This document shows, in pieces, positions 60,890 through 64,000 of a stretch of 64,000 nucleotides of DNA. The translations under genes were made by a program, and so were the position numbers. The stretch comes from Meyerozyma guilliermondii (Eukaryota): NCBI GenBank assembly GCA_051546255.1, contig CP128815.1, forward strand, positions 1,674,001 to 1,738,000, written 5' to 3'. Position 1 is the first letter of the stretch, and each line of letters begins with the position of its first letter. A model generated the notes under the pieces. That model was given only the letters and a program-made list of their open reading frames with translations. It made no database searches and was not told the origin of the DNA.

Positions 60890-62050
60890 CTACTTAAAAT
60901 CCTTGTATGTCCATTTCTCCGTAACCTTGGGCTTATACTTTCTCTTTTTGGAGACGGGAAGTCGGGCCTCTATCTTTCCATGTTCTTGCAACTTGATCAT
61001 TGAATCATAAAAAAGGTTTCCCTCTGGTTTCAAATTCTTCAAATTACTTGGTAACTCGTCCGAAAGTTTCACTTCAAGAGGTCTTGCTATGGCGTCGTAC
61101 TTGTAAAGTTTCTTCGGCTGTTTTACCTTCTTCACATTTGTAGATTTAGCTTCGATTTCTTGTTTATATTGATCCACTTTTGCAAGCTCATTCAATTGTT
61201 GCTTTAATTCCTGTAATTGCTGTTGTAATTCCATTCGTTTTTGGTGACGTTTTTCCTTATTACGTTGGGTTTTAGTTTTGATATTCACTTTCGTTGGTTG
61301 GTTAATTGAGAGCTTATAATCCACTTCAACTTGTTCTTCTTCATCACTGGCTTCATCTTCTTCTTCGTCGGCGGCATCGAGCTCGCTCACCATGTTTTTA
61401 AGATGATCTTGAAATTGTTGGAGCTCTTGTCTTTTTGCTTCACGTTCACTTTCCAGAGTAAATTCACTGGTAATTAATGATTTCCATGAATCAAGCGAAG
61501 GGTTATACGATTTTCCACCCACCACCTCATCATCTTTTGCAGATTCAAGTCGAAGAGATGTTTCTAAAAGCGTCTTTGGTATAACTTTGGCACGAGTGTG
61601 ACTGTGAGAGGAAAACTTTTGCAATATTTCAGGCGTTGTATCTTCTTCCACGGTATCCCAGAGGTCATTAGTGACGTTTTTCTTGATAAGTCCATCTTTT
61701 TCAATCCTGGCTTTAAGCTTTGATTCTCCCATCACCTTACCAGAGAGCTTCATTAACTTGTATACTTTGCTTTTATCCACACCCTGGATCTTGTTATGAT
61801 TACGGACCGATTCCAAAGGCTTGATTTTAGACTTATTGGTAAGAATATCATGAGTTTTGAGTTTTTTAGGTTGATTTTGATTCACCGAACCTTCATTATC
61901 AATGACAAAATCGTCCTCATCACCTACAAGACGTAATTTTTCGCGATTTTCTTCTAATCCCACCTGAACGTCATCAATGTCCACGTTTTTTCTCCATGCC
62001 CGTTTGCCCTTTCTAGACCGCTGGGAGGTTTTGGGGCGATTTTTCTCCAT
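60890..62050 (-). CDS. NOP53: 60S biogenesis factor Nop53
   Basis: QRSRKGKRAWRKNVDI, F.ID..G, GKSYNPS...W, LEVKLSDEL, KPEGNL, EKWTYKDFK; start ATG 62050. Confidence 0.95.
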   Translation of the reverse strand: MEKNRPKTSQRSRKGKRAWRKNVDIDDVQVGLEENREKLRLVGDEDDFVIDNEGSVNQNQPKKLKTHDILTNKSKIKPLESVRNHNKIQGVDKSKVYKLMKLSGKVMGESKLKARIEKDGLIKKNVTNDLWDTVEEDTTPEILQKFSSHSHTRAKVIPKTLLETSLRLESAKDDEVVGGKSYNPSLDSWKSLITSEFTLESEREAKRQELQQFQDHLKNMVSELDAADEEEDEASDEEEQVEVDYKLSINQPTKVNIKTKTQRNKEKRHQKRMELQQQLQELKQQLNELAKVDQYKQEIEAKSTNVKKVKQPKKLYKYDAIARPLEVKLSDELPSNLKNLKPEGNLFYDSMIKLQEHGKIEARLPVSKKRKYKPKVTEKWTYKDFK

Positions 62051-62057
62051 AAGTAGA

Positions 62058-62087
62058 GCGATGAGATTTGAGCAGAAATGTGATGAG
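62058..62087. promoter_or_regulatory. PAC elements upstream of NOP53
   Basis: GCGATGAG at 62058 and GTGATGAG at 62080. Confidence 0.65.
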
Positions 62088-62531
62088 GCGTGCGCGCACA
62101 AAAGTGCGGAGAGACGACATCAAAGAATGTCGCAAGGCCAAGTTTTTCAAAGGATCGTAAATCGCACCAAAAATCGCAGATTTGATTACAACCCGCATTT
62201 GGAACGAAAACATGCTCATGCGGCGAAATCTAATAATAGGTCTTCGCGATCGTATGCGGCATTTCCATTTTCCCCTGCAGTCGAAATGCAACGGTTAGGC
62301 GCACATTACAAATCCGATAATTACACAACGTAAATGCATCCTTAATGCAACAATTGCAATAAAAATGCAACGTAAACAATTTGTGACCCATTTATCTTCC
62401 ATACCGCGAATTAACCTTTGCGAGCAAAAAGTATCTGCAGTACCACTTTCCCCCACCATGCGCCACCTTTCTCGGATATAACACGGACCCGACGGAACCG
62501 AAGTCGGGCCGCCGCGGAGCTAACACGGCTC

Positions 62532-62900
62532 CTAGTGAGTGCCACTCGATGCTCGATCAATGACATGGTTAAGGAGCTCTTGGTAACTACCTGGGTCTAG
62601 CCGTCCATTGATATTCGTATATACGGGCACCTCGAATTTCTTAGCTAAAACCCGACCCATATTCCGGCACATTTCCTCGGTATCGGCATCGGATTCATGA
62701 ATTACCGTCGCAAAAGTTTCACCACTTTTCCGATCGCCAATGGTGTAAACGTAGGATCCAAAACGCGGCGCTGCCACGTCAGTAATAAACACGGCAATAG
62801 GGGGATAATGTTGCAGGGTGCGCGCCGCACACCCAGTGATCGCTACGTCGTAATCACCCGAAAATAATGCGAGCTTAGAAATCGCCGTAGTTGTATTCAT
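62532..62900 (-). CDS. POC4: Proteasome assembly chaperone Poc4/PAC4-like
   Basis: GSYVY.I, ...GRVLAKKF.VPVY..I.G pattern; near NOP53/KES1/RPL33 as in S. cerevisiae; start ATG 62900. Confidence 0.72.
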   Translation of the reverse strand: MNTTTAISKLALFSGDYDVAITGCAARTLQHYPPIAVFITDVAAPRFGSYVYTIGDRKSGETFATVIHESDADTEEMCRNMGRVLAKKFEVPVYTNINGRLDPGSYQELLNHVIDRASSGTH

Positions 62901-63482
62901 GACCGTTTTTTCAAGTGCGAAGGAATTTAGATTCTGTTTAGGCGACTTAATGCGCGCCACCTGCATGCGATCCGACGTTTAGCCCCTCATTGGGCCATTC
63001 TAGACTAAACTACTGCTGCACAAACAAGGAATTTTCGCCGTGCATTGCATCCTAACCCGCTTCCGCCGCCATCTCCGCAGCCACTCCGCCGCCACTCGTC
63101 CGTCTATCTGATTTGATAAACTACCAATTAGGGGCCAGGGCTCCCCTCCCCACCGCCCGGCCGAATTAAGATACACCCGCTGACATAAGCGGGCTTCTTG
63201 CAGCGGCTGCGATGCACAACCCACGGCTCCGGCGCATGCGTTAGGCTGCATTTATGACTAATTTAAATACGGATTGATTCCCATGTAAACTTTTCGATTC
63301 ATGGATTGAAAACCATCCCGCACGGCTGATTGATATTTGGTTTTGATCCTTGGACCTTGTCATTGATACTGCTTATCTATTGAATCTATACATACCAAAT
63401 CAATTGGTTTTTGTTGAAGTTAACTGATCATTGGCAATACTTCCATTTTATCTGATCAATCGAAATCCTCCTTTTGCTCTTT

Positions 63483-64000
63483 ATGAATCGTACCGCTACC
63501 AATTTGCCACCATCGTCTGCTTACAATGTCGCACAATCTTCTGGTGGTGTTCCTGCCGATGAGCCGCGCGCTCCAAATCGCGACCTACTTGACCATCTCA
63601 ATGCATGCATTTTTGATGCTCCGTTACTAAAATCGGTTTCGCCGATTTCTGATGTCGGTGATGCATTCCCGCTTCGCGTGAGTGTAACGGACTGCAATTA
63701 TGACACTTTGAAACCGACGGTTGGCCTGGTGTTACAACATGTCGATATTTCCGATTTTGATTCTGGCATTGAATTACGCTGTAATAACAAGTTCAATGCC
63801 GATAAACTCGTGGTGAAATTGATTGAGAACAATCTAAAGTTCACTTTGGACTATTCAGACTTCATTTCTCATCCAGGAAACCTCTTTGTGAAGAATCTTT
63901 CTAGCTCATTGATCAACCATGATTCACTCTTTGAATTCTTCCAGGTTCGTTCATGTTACAAATCATTGTCTAATGTCAACATCTTCAACAATTCCGATGA
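63483..64000 (+). CDS. Probable RRM-domain RNA-binding protein (runs off the window)
   Basis: Manual translation open from ATG 63483 to the edge: MNRTATNLPP...SHPGNLFVKNLSSSLINHDSLFEFF (RNP2-like); not in the ORF track. Confidence 0.65.
   Translation, partial: MNRTATNLPPSSAYNVAQSSGGVPADEPRAPNRDLLDHLNACIFDAPLLKSVSPISDVGDAFPLRVSVTDCNYDTLKPTVGLVLQHVDISDFDSGIELRCNNKFNADKLVVKLIENNLKFTLDYSDFISHPGNLFVKNLSSSLINHDSLFEFFQVRSCYKSLSNVNIFNNSD

Overview
Gene-dense eukaryotic DNA from a budding yeast of the CUG-Ser (CTG) clade. CTG codons repeatedly fall at conserved Ser positions, a respiratory complex I subunit is present, and introns are of the GTATGT/GTAAGT...CTAAC...AG type. The species cannot be fixed from sequence alone. 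I can support about 48 protein-coding genes (two truncated by the window edges), mostly conserved housekeeping genes, plus 2 tRNAs and 6 spliceosomal introns in coding genes. The ORF track uses the standard code and near-cognate starts, so I corrected many start sites and rebuilt five spliced genes it missed or truncated (RAD27, PRE6, KGD4/YMR31, RPL33, RFC1). No transposon, CRISPR array, rRNA or clear horizontally acquired island was seen. The most unexplained signals are: an orphan consensus intron (5526-5703) with H/ACA-like folding upstream of a Far1-like gene; a fumarase whose apparent mitochondrial presequence has no AUG; a recurrent (G/A)CACCCA motif near many start codons; very short introns with a near-fixed branch-point spacing; and a 9-nt tRNA-Tyr intron. 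None of these is proven novel without searches or transcript data.
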